From Cenarchaeum sp. (GTDB lineage: Archaea > Thermoproteota > Nitrososphaeria > Nitrososphaerales > Nitrosopumilaceae): a DNA stretch of 64,000 bases. Shown piece after piece: positions 50,818-61,300 of the stretch. How positions within the stretch are numbered: the stretch's first letter is position 1; the number at the start of each line of letters is the position of its first letter. The DNA is taken from contig CBDESU010000001.1 of the NCBI GenBank assembly GCA_965242695.1, positions 960,001-1,024,000 on the forward strand, in the 5' to 3' direction. The notes under the pieces are model-generated. The model was not told the DNA's origin. It saw nothing but the letters and a program-made list of their open reading frames with translations, and searched no databases. The position numbers and the translations under genes were made by a program.

Positions 50818-51075
50818 CTACCCCGACACGCCGTAGTCGAGCGCGCTCAAGACGGCGCCGAACTGCGCGGCAAGCACCAGGTTCATGGCGATCGAGACGA
50901 CGGTCAGGGCGATGCCGAGGTACAGGCAGTTCTTGGCCTTTGCCGGATCGTCGGAGCGGAGGGCAAAGTACGCAATGATGCCGCCGATGATGGACAGGAA
51001 GATCGGCAGCAGGAACCACCAGTTGGAGCGGCGGCGCTCCGGCTGCGGCCGCCACGACGAATCGTTGTAGTCCAT
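50818..51075 (-). CDS. Small two-TM membrane protein (thaumarchaeal-type hypothetical)
   Basis: 'RSNWWFLLPIFLSIIGGIIAYFALRSDDPAKAKNCLYLG'. Confidence 0.8.
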   Translation of the reverse strand: MDYNDSSWRPQPERRRSNWWFLLPIFLSIIGGIIAYFALRSDDPAKAKNCLYLGIALTVVSIAMNLVLAAQFGAVLSALDYGVSG

Positions 51076-51180
51076 GGGCGGCCGCCGCGCGGGGGCGTTA
51101 TGTGCCTGTCGGCGGGCGGCCAGGGACTGGGCCCAGGCGGGGGCCAGTGATCCCAGCCAAGGGGTCGACACTAGCAACGA

Positions 51181-51350
51181 TAATTTTGTCTATACTAGGA
51201 TGAAAATAATGTTTTGATCTAAATAATGTTGTATAATAGATATTTCTACTATAAACATGATAATTTTCAAATATAGTGAATATAATCAATACAATGTATT
51301 TTTATTTGGCTATAGAGATATGAATAGTATAAGGATGAAAAATTTCAATA
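51181..51350. other. Extreme AT-rich intergenic island (33 G+C in 170 nt, about 19%)
   Basis: Hand count; sharp edges in an ~70% GC background, between divergent genes. Confidence 0.95.
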
Positions 51351-51749
51351 CATAGGGATCGCCCCGGATGGAGCCCGCTCCACGGCGCCAGCCGGCGCCT
51401 GCCGGCGCAGGGTGGGCGCGGCGCAGGAATCGAAGGATCGGGAAATTCGAGTCGGGGGGCTGGGCGAGGGGTCAGCACGGGCGCGTCGCCGGCGGGCCGG
51501 AGCCTGCCGGATGCCGCCGCCCCTTCAAGCGGCGCGGCCCGGCGGCGCCTGGAAGGGGCCGCAAGGCGGCGGATCGGAAAATTCGAGTTGGGATGTCCGA
51601 GGCAGCCGCTGGCGCCTCGGGAGTGCGCCTGCCGCCCGTTCCGATCCACCCTCCGCGCCCGCATTCGCGCCTCGCGCCTACACGCGGCCGCAGGATCGGG
51701 CCGGCATTCCACGGCACGGCGCAGCGTCCAGCACGAGAGTGGCGGCCGG

Positions 51750-52403
51750 ATGCCCCTAGAAAGCAAGATATGGCGCGGATCCGCGGCGCCGCCGTTGGCC
51801 CGCAAGTCCACCCCGGCCCGCGCCGCCGGCAGGGGCAAGGCAGACAGAAGGCGCAGGGGCGGCGGAACCGCCGGCAAAAAAAGGGCCGCGGCAAAGGCAA
51901 AGCCGCCCGCCAGCGCAGTCAAGCAGGTGCGCGTAGGCGGCGAGACCGTGTACCTGCACGAGGCGTCGTACCAGGCGGCCGAAGATCCGGCCAGCGTCGA
52001 CGACCCGCACACGCTCATGCCCGGGGGAGGCGATCGGGATGCGACAAGGTTGTTCAACGAGGCAGGCGCGCTCATCATGAGAGATGACCACAAGGGGGCG
52101 ACGAAGCGCTACAAGGAAATCCTCGCGCGGTTCCCAAACCACTACCCGGCAAACTACAGCATGGGCGTGCAATGCCGACTTGCGGGCAAGCCTCGCAGCG
52201 CCATCAAGTACTTCACAAGGGCGATCATGGTGTGGCCGGAATACCACATGGCGTACTGGGGGATGGGGCGCACGCTGCTCGACATGGAGGAGTACGATGC
52301 GGCGCTCGAGATGCTCGACAAGGCGCTGAGCATCCAGCCCGACGACCCGCTGGTGCGCGAGGACAGGGCAGAGGCGCTCAAGGCGCTCGGCAAGCGCGGG
52401 TAG
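51750..52403 (+). CDS. TPR protein with basic low-complexity N-terminus
   Basis: Three TPR units, e.g. 'AIKYFTRAIMVWPEYHMAYWGMGRTL...ALEMLDKALSIQPDD'. Confidence 0.85.
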   Translation: MPLESKIWRGSAAPPLARKSTPARAAGRGKADRRRRGGGTAGKKRAAAKAKPPASAVKQVRVGGETVYLHEASYQAAEDPASVDDPHTLMPGGGDRDATRLFNEAGALIMRDDHKGATKRYKEILARFPNHYPANYSMGVQCRLAGKPRSAIKYFTRAIMVWPEYHMAYWGMGRTLLDMEEYDAALEMLDKALSIQPDDPLVREDRAEALKALGKRG

Positions 52404-52575
52404 GGGCAGCCTGCCGCATGCGATGGCAGCTCGTGCGGCATGCGCCGCGGCCCGTTCGCGGCAGCCCGCCCGACCCCCTCCCAGTGCAGGGGTGCGCGGC
52501 ATGCGCCGGCCCCGGCATGGCCGGGATCAAGGGCGTGGACGGGCACGGGATCGCGCCCCCGAAGGAGAGCAAAGC

Positions 52576-53218
52576 GTGATATTGCGCCGGCAGGCGGCCG
52601 GCGTGTTGGCCAGAGTACCCGGCGGAACAGGGGGCAAGGGCGGCGCCCCCAAGGCGGACGCGGGCGGCAGGCGGAGGAAGGGCCGCGGCGGCGCAGGCGG
52701 CGGCAGTCGAAGACGGGGCGCCGCGGGGGCGCGGCCCACCGACACCATCCGGCAGGTGCGCATAGGGGGCCGCCCCATGCCAGATGCATGCGACGGAGAT
52801 ACTCGCCGATCTTGACGACCCGTACGCAAGCATTCCCGGAGGCGGCGACGAGGAGGCGGCAGGCATGATCGGAAAGGCGGGGGCGGCCGCCATGAGAGGG
52901 GACCACAAAGGGGCCAAGAGACTCTGCAAGGCGGTCCTTGCGCGCTTTCCGGATCACTACATAGCAAACTACAACATGGCCATGGACTATCGACTTGAAG
53001 GCAAGCTGCGCCGCGCCGTCAAGTACCTCGAAAGGGCGATCAGGATATGGCCGGAGAACCATATCGCGCACGCCGGACTAGGGCGCGTGCTGCTCGACAT
53101 GAAGCGGTACGACGAGGCGCTCGAGGCGCTCGACATGGCGCTGGAGCTACAGCCCGGAAACCGCCTGGCGCTCGAGGATAGGGACGAGGCCCTCAAGGCG
53201 CTGCGCCGCGGCAGATGA
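52576..53218 (+). pseudogene. Tandem TPR paralogue, frameshifted at about 52780 (C-terminal ORF 52784-53218)
   Basis: 'IRQVRIGG' (compare KQVRVGG in the upstream paralogue) is in a different frame from 'MHATEILADLDDPY'. It may be a sequencing error, and the start is uncertain. Confidence 0.65.
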
Positions 53219-53507
53219 CGGCAGGCAGAGGATTGGCGGCGGCCGCGGGCTGCGGGCATGGCAGTCCATCCCGCCGGCACCTGTGAAAAAACCGTGTCGG
53301 GGGCGGGGCGAAGTTGGGAGTAGACATCTGGCCCAGCGCCGCCGCAGGGAAACAATGCCCACGACGCAGCAGCCTGATTTGCCCCATTCAGGCAAGGGGA
53401 GCAGCGCCCGCGCGTTTGAAGGGGTCGATCCACATCTCCTCGCCCGGGGTTTTTCATACGTACAGGATCCAAAAAGCTCTTCGCAGTCTGTGATCTTTCG
53501 CCACCCG

Positions 53508-54086
53508 CTACCCCGCCGCGGCGGGGATCGGCGGGGCGGCCGCCGGATAGCGCACCGACGACGCCAGTTCGGGCCGCCATTGCCTCCCCTCGAGTGTGTA
53601 CTTGTCGCAGTCCAGGACGATGCCGATCTCGGGCGAGGTCATCTCGTCGATTATACCGCGGCAGTACTCGGTCGAGCGCCCTGCCGTCCGCTCGCCGAGC
53701 CACGTGACAAGATTCTCAATGCTGTACTTCATATGGCTGAATATGATCAGGTAGGTGGCCGCCCTGATCCAGTGGGCATCCTTGCCGGCGAGCAGGCGCA
53801 GGAGCCGTTCCCCGTCAAAGCCGTCCGGCAGCGGCGGCGCATTGCCCCCAAGGCCGGCCCGAGCGCGCGGCACGGCCTCTTCGAGATCTTTGTAGAGCCG
53901 CTTCGAGTACGGGCCGTTCAGGAGCTTGTCGTCGAACACGTACCCGTGGTCCAGCCCGAGCCGGCCGGCTATGATGGTGCAGTGGAGCAGCATCCCGAGC
54001 TCGTCAAGCTTCTGGTCCTCGTCCGCGGGCGGAGACATACGGATCACCCCTCCGTCGATGAGGTGGCGCACGAACGCTTCCAGCAT
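53508..54086 (-). CDS. GPYS-motif (SocA/Panacea/YwgA-like) antitoxin-like protein, copy 1
   Basis: 'LGLDHGYVF...NGPYSKRLYKDL...GKDAHWIRAAT'; own TATA at about 54110-54115. Confidence 0.65.
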   Translation of the reverse strand: MLEAFVRHLIDGGVIRMSPPADEDQKLDELGMLLHCTIIAGRLGLDHGYVFDDKLLNGPYSKRLYKDLEEAVPRARAGLGGNAPPLPDGFDGERLLRLLAGKDAHWIRAATYLIIFSHMKYSIENLVTWLGERTAGRSTEYCRGIIDEMTSPEIGIVLDCDKYTLEGRQWRPELASSVRYPAAAPPIPAAAG

Positions 54087-54336
54087 GGGAGGCGGCGCAC
54101 AGGGCTAGGTATAACTGTTTGTTTTACAGCGATCCTCGCCCGCATGGGCAGAATCAAGATTCAAGCGTCGAGTTGCGGCGTGGTTTTGCTGGCCCATGGG
54201 CGTCGGCGAGCGACCTAGAGCGCGGGCCGAGGCGGCGGATCACGCCAAAGGAATCTGCAGTGCGGCGCGGCGGATGCCGCGGCCCCCGCGACACACAGTG
54301 AAGAGCAAAGATCTGCTGCAGTGCCAGGCCGCCCCG

Positions 54337-54915
54337 CTACCCTGCCGCGGCTGTGATTGTCGGGGCAACCGCCGGATAGCGCACCGACGACGCCAGTTCG
54401 GGCCGCCACTGACACCCCTCGGTCGTGTACTTGTCGCAGTCCAGGACGATGCCGATCTCGGGCGAGGTCAACTCGTCCACTATGGCGCGGCAGTACTCGG
54501 TCGAGCGCCCTGCCGTCCGCTCTCCGAGCCATGTGACAAGATCCTCGATGCAGGGCTGCATATGGCTGAAGATGATCAGGTAGGTGGCTGCCCCGATCCA
54601 GTCGGCGTCCTTGCCGGCGAGCAGGCGCAGGAGACGTTCCCCGTCAAAGCCGTCCGGCAGCGGCGGCGCATCGCCCCCAAGGCCGGCCCGAGCGCGCGGC
54701 ACGACCTCTTCGAGATCGTCGTAGAGCCGATTCGAGTTCGGGCCGTTCAGGAGCTTGTCGCCGACCACGTACCCGTGGTCCAGCCCGAGCCGGCCGGCTA
54801 TGAAGGTGCAGTGGACCAGCATCCCCAGCTCGTCAAGCTTCTGGTCCTCGTCCGCGGGCGGAGACCTCCGGATCACCCCTCCGTCCATGAGGAGCCGCGC
54901 GAGCGCTTCCAGCAT
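54337..54915 (-). CDS. GPYS-motif antitoxin-like protein, copy 2
   Basis: 829-bp period from copy 1; GPNS variant. Confidence 0.65.
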   Translation of the reverse strand: MLEALARLLMDGGVIRRSPPADEDQKLDELGMLVHCTFIAGRLGLDHGYVVGDKLLNGPNSNRLYDDLEEVVPRARAGLGGDAPPLPDGFDGERLLRLLAGKDADWIGAATYLIIFSHMQPCIEDLVTWLGERTAGRSTEYCRAIVDELTSPEIGIVLDCDKYTTEGCQWRPELASSVRYPAVAPTITAAAG

Positions 54916-55165
54916 GGGAGGCGGCGCATAGGGCTAGGTATAACTGTTTGTTTTACAGCGATCCTCGCCCGCATGGGCAGAATCAAGATTCAAGCGTCGA
55001 GTTGCGGCGTGGTTTTGCTGGCCCATGGGCGTCGGCGAGCGACCGGGCGCGCAGGCCAAGACGGAGGATCGCGCCAAAGGAATCCGCAGTGCGGCGCGGC
55101 GGATGCCGCGGCTCCCGCTACACACAGCGAAGAGTAAAGATCTGTTGTAGTGCCAGGCCGCCCCG

Positions 55166-55744
55166 CTACCCAGCCGCGGCGGGGATCGGCGGGGCGGCCG
55201 CCGGATAGCGCACCGACGACGCCAGTTCGGGCCGCCATTGCCTCCCCTCGAGTGTGTACTTGTCGCAGTCCAGGACGATGCCGATCTCGGGCGAGGTCAT
55301 CTCGTCGATTATACCGCGGCAGTACTCGGTCGAGCGCCCTGCCGTCCGCTCGCCGAGCCACGTGACAAGATTCTCAATGCTGTACTTCATATGGCTGAAT
55401 ATGATCAGGTAGGTGGCCGCCCTGATCCAGTGGGCATCCTTGCCGGCGAGCAGGCGCAGGAGCCGTTCCCCGTCAAAGCCGTCCGGCAGCGGCGGCGCAT
55501 TGCCCCCAAGGCCGGCCCGAGCGCGCGGCACGGCCTCTTCAAGATCGTTGTAGAGCCGCCTCGAGTACGGGCCGTTCATGAGCTTGTCGTCAAACACGTA
55601 CCCGTGGTCCAGCCCAAGCCGGCCGGCTATGGCGGTGCAGTGGACCAGCACCTCCAGCTCGTCGAGCTTTTGGTCATCGTCCGCGGGAGGCGACCGCCTG
55701 ATCACCCCTCCGTTGATGAGGTGCCGAATGAACGCTTCCAGCAT
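55166..55744 (-). CDS. GPYS-motif antitoxin-like protein, copy 3
   Basis: 829-bp period from copy 2; head-to-head with PIN1. Confidence 0.65.
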   Translation of the reverse strand: MLEAFIRHLINGGVIRRSPPADDDQKLDELEVLVHCTAIAGRLGLDHGYVFDDKLMNGPYSRRLYNDLEEAVPRARAGLGGNAPPLPDGFDGERLLRLLAGKDAHWIRAATYLIIFSHMKYSIENLVTWLGERTAGRSTEYCRGIIDEMTSPEIGIVLDCDKYTLEGRQWRPELASSVRYPAAAPPIPAAAG

Positions 55745-55764
55745 GGGCGGCGGCGCCTAGGGAC

Positions 55765-55835
55765 ACCATATAACTCTTTGCTCCTGCCAGATCGCCGTGC
55801 CTGCTGACAAACATGGTCTTAAAAGGTTATATACT
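55765..55835. promoter_or_regulatory. Back-to-back archaeal promoters (repeated at about 57084-57154)
   Basis: catataact (minus strand) and aaaaggttatata (plus strand, BRE+TATA), each about 25 bp from its ATG. Confidence 0.75.
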
Positions 55836-55854
55836 TCAGGATTTCCTTGCCGGC

Positions 55855-56340
55855 ATGGTCGTTGTCGTGTACCTAGACACATGGTTACAGAGGGCCCACG
55901 TGTCGAAAAATTCCAGCGAGCGGCGCGATGCGGCCCGTCTGCTTGCCCGGCTCCAATCTGGCGTCTATGTCGTAAAGGTGCCTCAGGTGATCATCGGCGA
56001 GGCGGTCGCGACCGTAATGAGGGACTACGACCCAGACGAGTGGGAGGAGGTGGTAGGCAGGATGATGGATGCGATCGCAAGCGTGGCCGATCCGGCCACC
56101 TGCCTTCCTCCCCTGAATACGGCGGTGGTCGAAAGGGCAGATCAGCTAAAGGCCCGCATCGTGAGACTGACGGACACGGACGCCCTCTTGGCCGCGCAGG
56201 CGCTGAGCGACCCCCTGGCGCAAAAGGTGATTACAAGGGACCACCTCCTCGGCAGCTCGGACATTCTCAAAGCCGTGGTTCGCGAGATGCTGGAGAACGG
56301 CGAGAGGGAGTTTTCCCTCAAGTTCGACGACAGCGCGTAA
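55855..56340 (+). CDS. PIN-domain (VapC-like) nuclease, copy 1
   Basis: Four acidic positions intact: YLDT, IIGEA, DTDA and TRD. Confidence 0.85.
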   Translation: MVVVVYLDTWLQRAHVSKNSSERRDAARLLARLQSGVYVVKVPQVIIGEAVATVMRDYDPDEWEEVVGRMMDAIASVADPATCLPPLNTAVVERADQLKARIVRLTDTDALLAAQALSDPLAQKVITRDHLLGSSDILKAVVREMLENGEREFSLKFDDSA

Positions 56341-56483
56341 ATCCGAACGGCCGCGGGCGGAGTGCAAGTCACCCCTTCGAGTCTGGCCGGCGCGGCCGAC
56401 GCATGCGTCCCGCGGCGGCGCCAACAGCACCCCGCACGATACACATTCCGGCCGAACTTGTGCCGTGCCTACGCACCGCTCCC

Positions 56484-57062
56484 CTACACCGCCGCGGCTG
56501 GGATCGGCGGGGCGACCGCCGGATAGCGCACCGACGACGCCAGTTCGGGCCGCCACTGACACCCCTCGGTCGTGTACTTGTCGCAGTCCAGGACGATGCC
56601 GATCTCGGGCGAGGTCAACTCGTCCACTATGGCGCGGCAGTACTCGGTCGAGCGCCCTGCCGTCCGCTCTCCGAGCCATGTGACAAGATCCTCGATGCAG
56701 GGCTGCATATGGCTGAAGATGATCAGGTAGGTGGCCGCCCCGATCCAGTCGGCGTCCTTGCCGGCGAGCAGGCGCAGGAGCCGCTCCCCGTCAAAGCCGT
56801 CCGGCAGCGGCGGCGCATCGCCCCCAAGGCCGGCCCGCGCACGCGGCACGGCCTCTTCGAGATCGTTGTAGAGCCGCTTCGAGTACGGGCCGTTCGAGAG
56901 CTTGTCACCGACCACGTACCCGTGGTCCAGCCCGAGCCGGCCGGCTACGAGGGTGCAGTGGACCAGCATTCCCAGCTCGTCAAGCTTCTGGTCCTCGTCC
57001 GTGGGCGGCGACCGCCTGATCACCCCGCCGTCCATGAGGAGCCGCACGAGTGCTTCCAGCAT
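56484..57062 (-). CDS. GPYS-motif antitoxin-like protein, copy 4
   Basis: Start lies 1318 bp after that of copy 3; head-to-head with PIN2. Confidence 0.65.
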   Translation of the reverse strand: MLEALVRLLMDGGVIRRSPPTDEDQKLDELGMLVHCTLVAGRLGLDHGYVVGDKLSNGPYSKRLYNDLEEAVPRARAGLGGDAPPLPDGFDGERLLRLLAGKDADWIGAATYLIIFSHMQPCIEDLVTWLGERTAGRSTEYCRAIVDELTSPEIGIVLDCDKYTTEGCQWRPELASSVRYPAVAPPIPAAAV

Positions 57063-57173
57063 GGGGCGGCGGCGCCTAGGCATTCCATATAACCCTTTGC
57101 TCCTGCCAGATCGCCGTGTCTGCTGACAAATATGGTCTTAAAAGGTTATATACTGTAGGATTCGGTCGCCGGC

Positions 57174-57659
57174 ATGGTCGTTGTCGTGTACCTAGACACA
57201 TGGATCCTGAGGGCGTACGTGTCGAAAGATTCCAAGGAGCGGCGCGATGCGGCCCGTCTGCTCGCCCGGCTCCAGTCGGGCGTCTATGTCGTAAAGGTGC
57301 CGCAGGTGATCATCGGCGAGGCGGTCGCGACCGTAATGAGGGACTACGACCCTGACGAGTGGGAGGAGGTGGTGGGCAGGATGATGCGGGCGATCGCGGA
57401 TGTGGCCGATCCGGCCACCTGCCTTCCTCCCCTGGATACGGCGGTGGTCGAAAGGGCAGATCAGCTAAAGGCCCGCATCGTGGGACTGGCGGACACGGAC
57501 GCCCTCTTGGCAGCGCAGGCGCTGAACGACCCCCTGGCGCAAAAGGTAGTCACAAGGGACAGCACCCTCACCGGCTCGCACATTCTCAAAGCGGTGGTTC
57601 GCGAGATGGTTAAGAACGGCGAGAGGGAATTTCGCCTCAAGTTCGACGACAGAGCGTGA
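57174..57659 (+). CDS. PIN-domain (VapC-like) nuclease, copy 2
   Basis: Close paralogue of PIN1 with the same catalytic residues. Confidence 0.85.
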   Translation: MVVVVYLDTWILRAYVSKDSKERRDAARLLARLQSGVYVVKVPQVIIGEAVATVMRDYDPDEWEEVVGRMMRAIADVADPATCLPPLDTAVVERADQLKARIVGLADTDALLAAQALNDPLAQKVVTRDSTLTGSHILKAVVREMVKNGEREFRLKFDDRA

Positions 57660-57746
57660 ATCCGAGCGGCCGCGGGCGGTGCCGGCGCGCAGAGGGGCGC
57701 GAGGGCCGCCCCGCATGGTGCGCCATCCGGGCCAGATTGTGCCGCC

Positions 57747-58010
57747 CTACGCACCGCTCCCCTGCCCCGCCGCGGCGGCGATCGGCCGGGCGGCCGCAGG
57801 ATGGCGCACCGCCGATGCCTGTACGGGCCGCCACTGCTCCCCTCGAGTGTGCACTTGTCCCAGTCCAGTGCGATGCAGATCTCGGGCGAGGTCATCTCGA
57901 CCATGCCGCGGCAGCAATCCTGCGAGCGCCCGCAGACAGCCCGCCGCCGGCTTGGCCGTGGATTCGGTAGCGGGCCGCATGTGACCAAATATGATCAGGC
58001 AGGAGGCGGC
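57747..58010 (-). pseudogene. Degraded fifth antitoxin-like copy (3' half)
   Basis: 'CLIIFGHM', 'EMTSPEICIALDWDKCTLEG' and 'QWRPVQASAVRHP' occur in shifting frames. Confidence 0.75.
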
Positions 58011-58318
58011 CGGCAACGCACCCTGACCCTGCGGCTGGCCCGGCCCGAGGCCGGCCCCCGTGCCGCAAGGCCGCCGCAAGCGGCCATCAACGAGGCGGCC
58101 GCGGACGCAATGCCGCGCTTTGGCACCGCAGGCCAGGCAGGGGCGGCAGGAGCGTGCCGGCGATCGCAGGGTGCCATTCCGCCCACGGAGCCGGCGGCTG
58201 CGCCCTGACTTTTGCCGACCTGCGGCGCATCGGGCGCGGCCCTGACAGCTTGCGAGCGCCGCCCATGCCGAGCCGGCCCGATCGTCGGGCAATGCCGCTC
58301 CGTCCACATGCACGGGGG

Positions 58319-61300
58319 CTACGCGGCGCCCTTGCGAGTTCGCCATGGGGCATCCGCGGCGGCTGCAAGATCCCTGGATCGTGCTCTGCGCAGGAGCGCC
58401 GGCAGTCGCCTGCCCAGCACGGTCCCCGCCACGGCCGGCGCGGCGACGTATATTGCCGCATTGGCGGCGATCACGGCCGCCCCGAGCGCAAGCACGTGCG
58501 CCTCCGATCCCTCCTCGGCAAGCGCCATTATCGAGAGCGTCGCGAGCATCGGGGACAGGAGGATGCGCACCGCATCGCGTACGGCCGCGTTCTCGCGCTC
58601 CAGGTCGGCCACGGCCGGGGCGAACGCATAGTACGCCGAGTTGAAGGCGGCCATGAACGATGCGCCCGATGCGGTCGAGAGGACCGTCCCGTCGCGTATC
58701 TCGCGGAGGTGCTGCACCTGCGCGGCGAGCTCGGTGCCGTGCGCGGCCGTCGCGATCAGGCAGCCGCCAGAGTCGTCAGCTGCATCGTCGCCAGTGGGCG
58801 CAGCTGGCGGCTGCATGTCGTCCTGCGCGACAGGCTGCCCGTCGCCGGCATCGGCCGGGGCATCCGGCCGCGGATCTGCCGGCTCGGCCGGCGGCTCTGG
58901 AATCTCCACCTCCTGCGGCGCGACAGGCTGCCCGTCGCCGGCATCGGCCGGGGCATCCGGCCGCGGGTCGGCCGGCGCCGCCTCGTCGCCCGGCATCGCA
59001 TCGGCCGGGGCATCCGGCCGCGGGTCGGCCGGCGCTTCCTGCTCCATGTCCCGCTCCGGCTGGCGCGGCTCTTCGGCAGGCTCGCCGTACGCCCTGAAGA
59101 CGGTCTCGCCCGTGCACTGCCCGCCCGTGCGCACGGTCTCGGATACGGTAGACACTCCCCTGCCGTCGACTGCCACGGCCCTGATCGACATTATCGGATC
59201 GCTCGGCAAGGGGGCCTCGTAGACGACGCGGCCGTCCGGATGCGGCCCGTCGCCCCTTTGGGCTGCGACCGTGCCGTCCGACGACAGGACGCTGACGTCG
59301 GGGGTAATCCCAGAGTTGACCGTAATCCGCAGCGTTCCCTCGTCGCAGTCCCATGCGGCCGAGTACAGGATGACTGCGCCGCCGCCCTGCAAGAGGCGCC
59401 CGCCGCCGCCTCCACCTCCGCCGCCGCCTCCACCTCCGCCGCCTCCGCCGAAGAACTGCCCCTGCGGCTGCACGACGGCGACGGGATCGACGACCGTTGG
59501 CGGCGCGGATGGAACGACGAGGTTGGCCGTCAGCCTAGAGGTGGCCGTATAGGTGGTGTCGGCGCCGTCTCCGTCTCCGATGCCCTCGCTGTCTCCGATG
59601 CCGGTGCCGCTGTCGCCGGCGACGATCGCCGTGCCGAACCTGGTCAGGTGGTACGTGTGCACTGCCACGCCGTCGGCGACGTCTAGCAGGCACTCGCCGG
59701 CGCCGTCCAGCTGCGCCGCCACGGCGGCCGTCTCGTCGTCGTCGCACTCGGTCGTAATCGGGACGACCGCGCCGTTGGTGTTGTTGACGTAGAACGCCTC
59801 GCTTCCCGCGGGCGCGCCCGCAAGCAGTATGCGGATAGGCGCATCGAATGCAATGTGCGTGCGGTTGTCGCCGATCTCGTAGACGCCGCCCACCATCACC
59901 CGCGCGGCGTTGTCGATGCCGAGGGCGTCCGCGACGGCCTCGGCGCTCGGCCGCATGTCCGAGGCGAACATGTCGAGCAGGCCGTCGGCCGGCACGTATG
60001 TCGCGGTCGTGTTTGGTGGCACGGTCACCACGGCAAACGACGACCTGATCGTGACCGCCTCGGGCGGGAACACCACCGTGTTGGCGGCCACATCGGCCAC
60101 AAGGGGCGCCGAGGCGAGGGCCGTGACGTTGATCGCCGCGCGCGCCTCCCCGCCGGCCTCCGTGACGTCGACCTCGCGGACAAAGCCCTGCGGCGTGATC
60201 TCTACGACGGGCATCGGGCCGGACGGGCTCGACACGCCGCCGGCCCCGACGGGGATCGAATCGCCAGTGAATGCGTACCGCGTGCGGTCCGAGGTAGCGC
60301 CCTCCATGTCCGCGTTGACCTCAATCGCGCCGGTCTGCGTGCGGTTCACGCCCGGGCCGCCGAACGTGACGGTGTGCATCGCGGTGCCCAGTCCCCGCAC
60401 GTCCGCTTCGGACTCGGCGGCAAGGCCGCCGGGCCCCGTCACCATTCCGTACACGGGGCCGCCGTGGCCTGCGGGCGGGCCCATCGGCTGCGAGTATGCG
60501 ACCACGACGGTGTTGGGCCCCGTAAACTGGGCGCTCGCAGTAGCCGCGGCCGGGACCAGCGGCAACCACTGGACGCCGCCGGCAAAGCGCGATGCATCCG
60601 GCGCGTACCCCGGGTACGCGTTGTACCTGGCATCGAGCGTGCCGGCCGCATCGTTGCGCACCAGCACGCCAGTGTTGTTCTCGTGGACGGCGTTGTCGTT
60701 GAACCGAACGTCCTGCCCGTCGGGGTGCCCGATTGCGTGGTTTGCCGCCCCGGGGCCCCACGGCGCATCGTACGCATCGCCGCGCACCTCGCACACGTCG
60801 CCGCATATGGCGAACGCGCCGTTGCTGTCCGATATCGTGTTGCCGCTTGCCAGCACGTTGTCGGTCGGGCCTAGGGCGCCGCCGTCGCCGGGCTTTACCA
60901 GTATCGCCGCCTCGTACCCGGCATCCAGGCTGCCCGAGACGCCCGACAGGTAGTCAAAGTCCGCCTCGCTGTTGGCGCCGGCGATCGTATTGCCCGCAAT
61001 GTCGACCCCGTCCGAGCCGCCCCCGACTACGATCGCGCTGCCCGGCGTGTTGCGTATGTCGTTTCCCGACACTGCCACGCCGCGGCCCTGCCCGATCTCT
61101 ATCCCAGTGCCGCTCGTGCCGTCGATCATGTTCGAGAGGAACCTGGCATCGCTCACCTGCACCGAGTTCGGGCTCTGGCCCGTGTGTATTGCGGCCCTGG
61201 GCTCGGCCGCTACGGGGTACGTCCCGATCCCCGAGAGGGTGTTGTTGGCCACCGTGATCCGCTCGACGCGCCCGTCGGCGGCGCCCCCGATGTCTATGCC

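Noticed and set aside
51098-51289. 63-aa ORF across the AT island
   Set aside because: Its codon usage is unlike every other gene here and it has no motif; probably chance.
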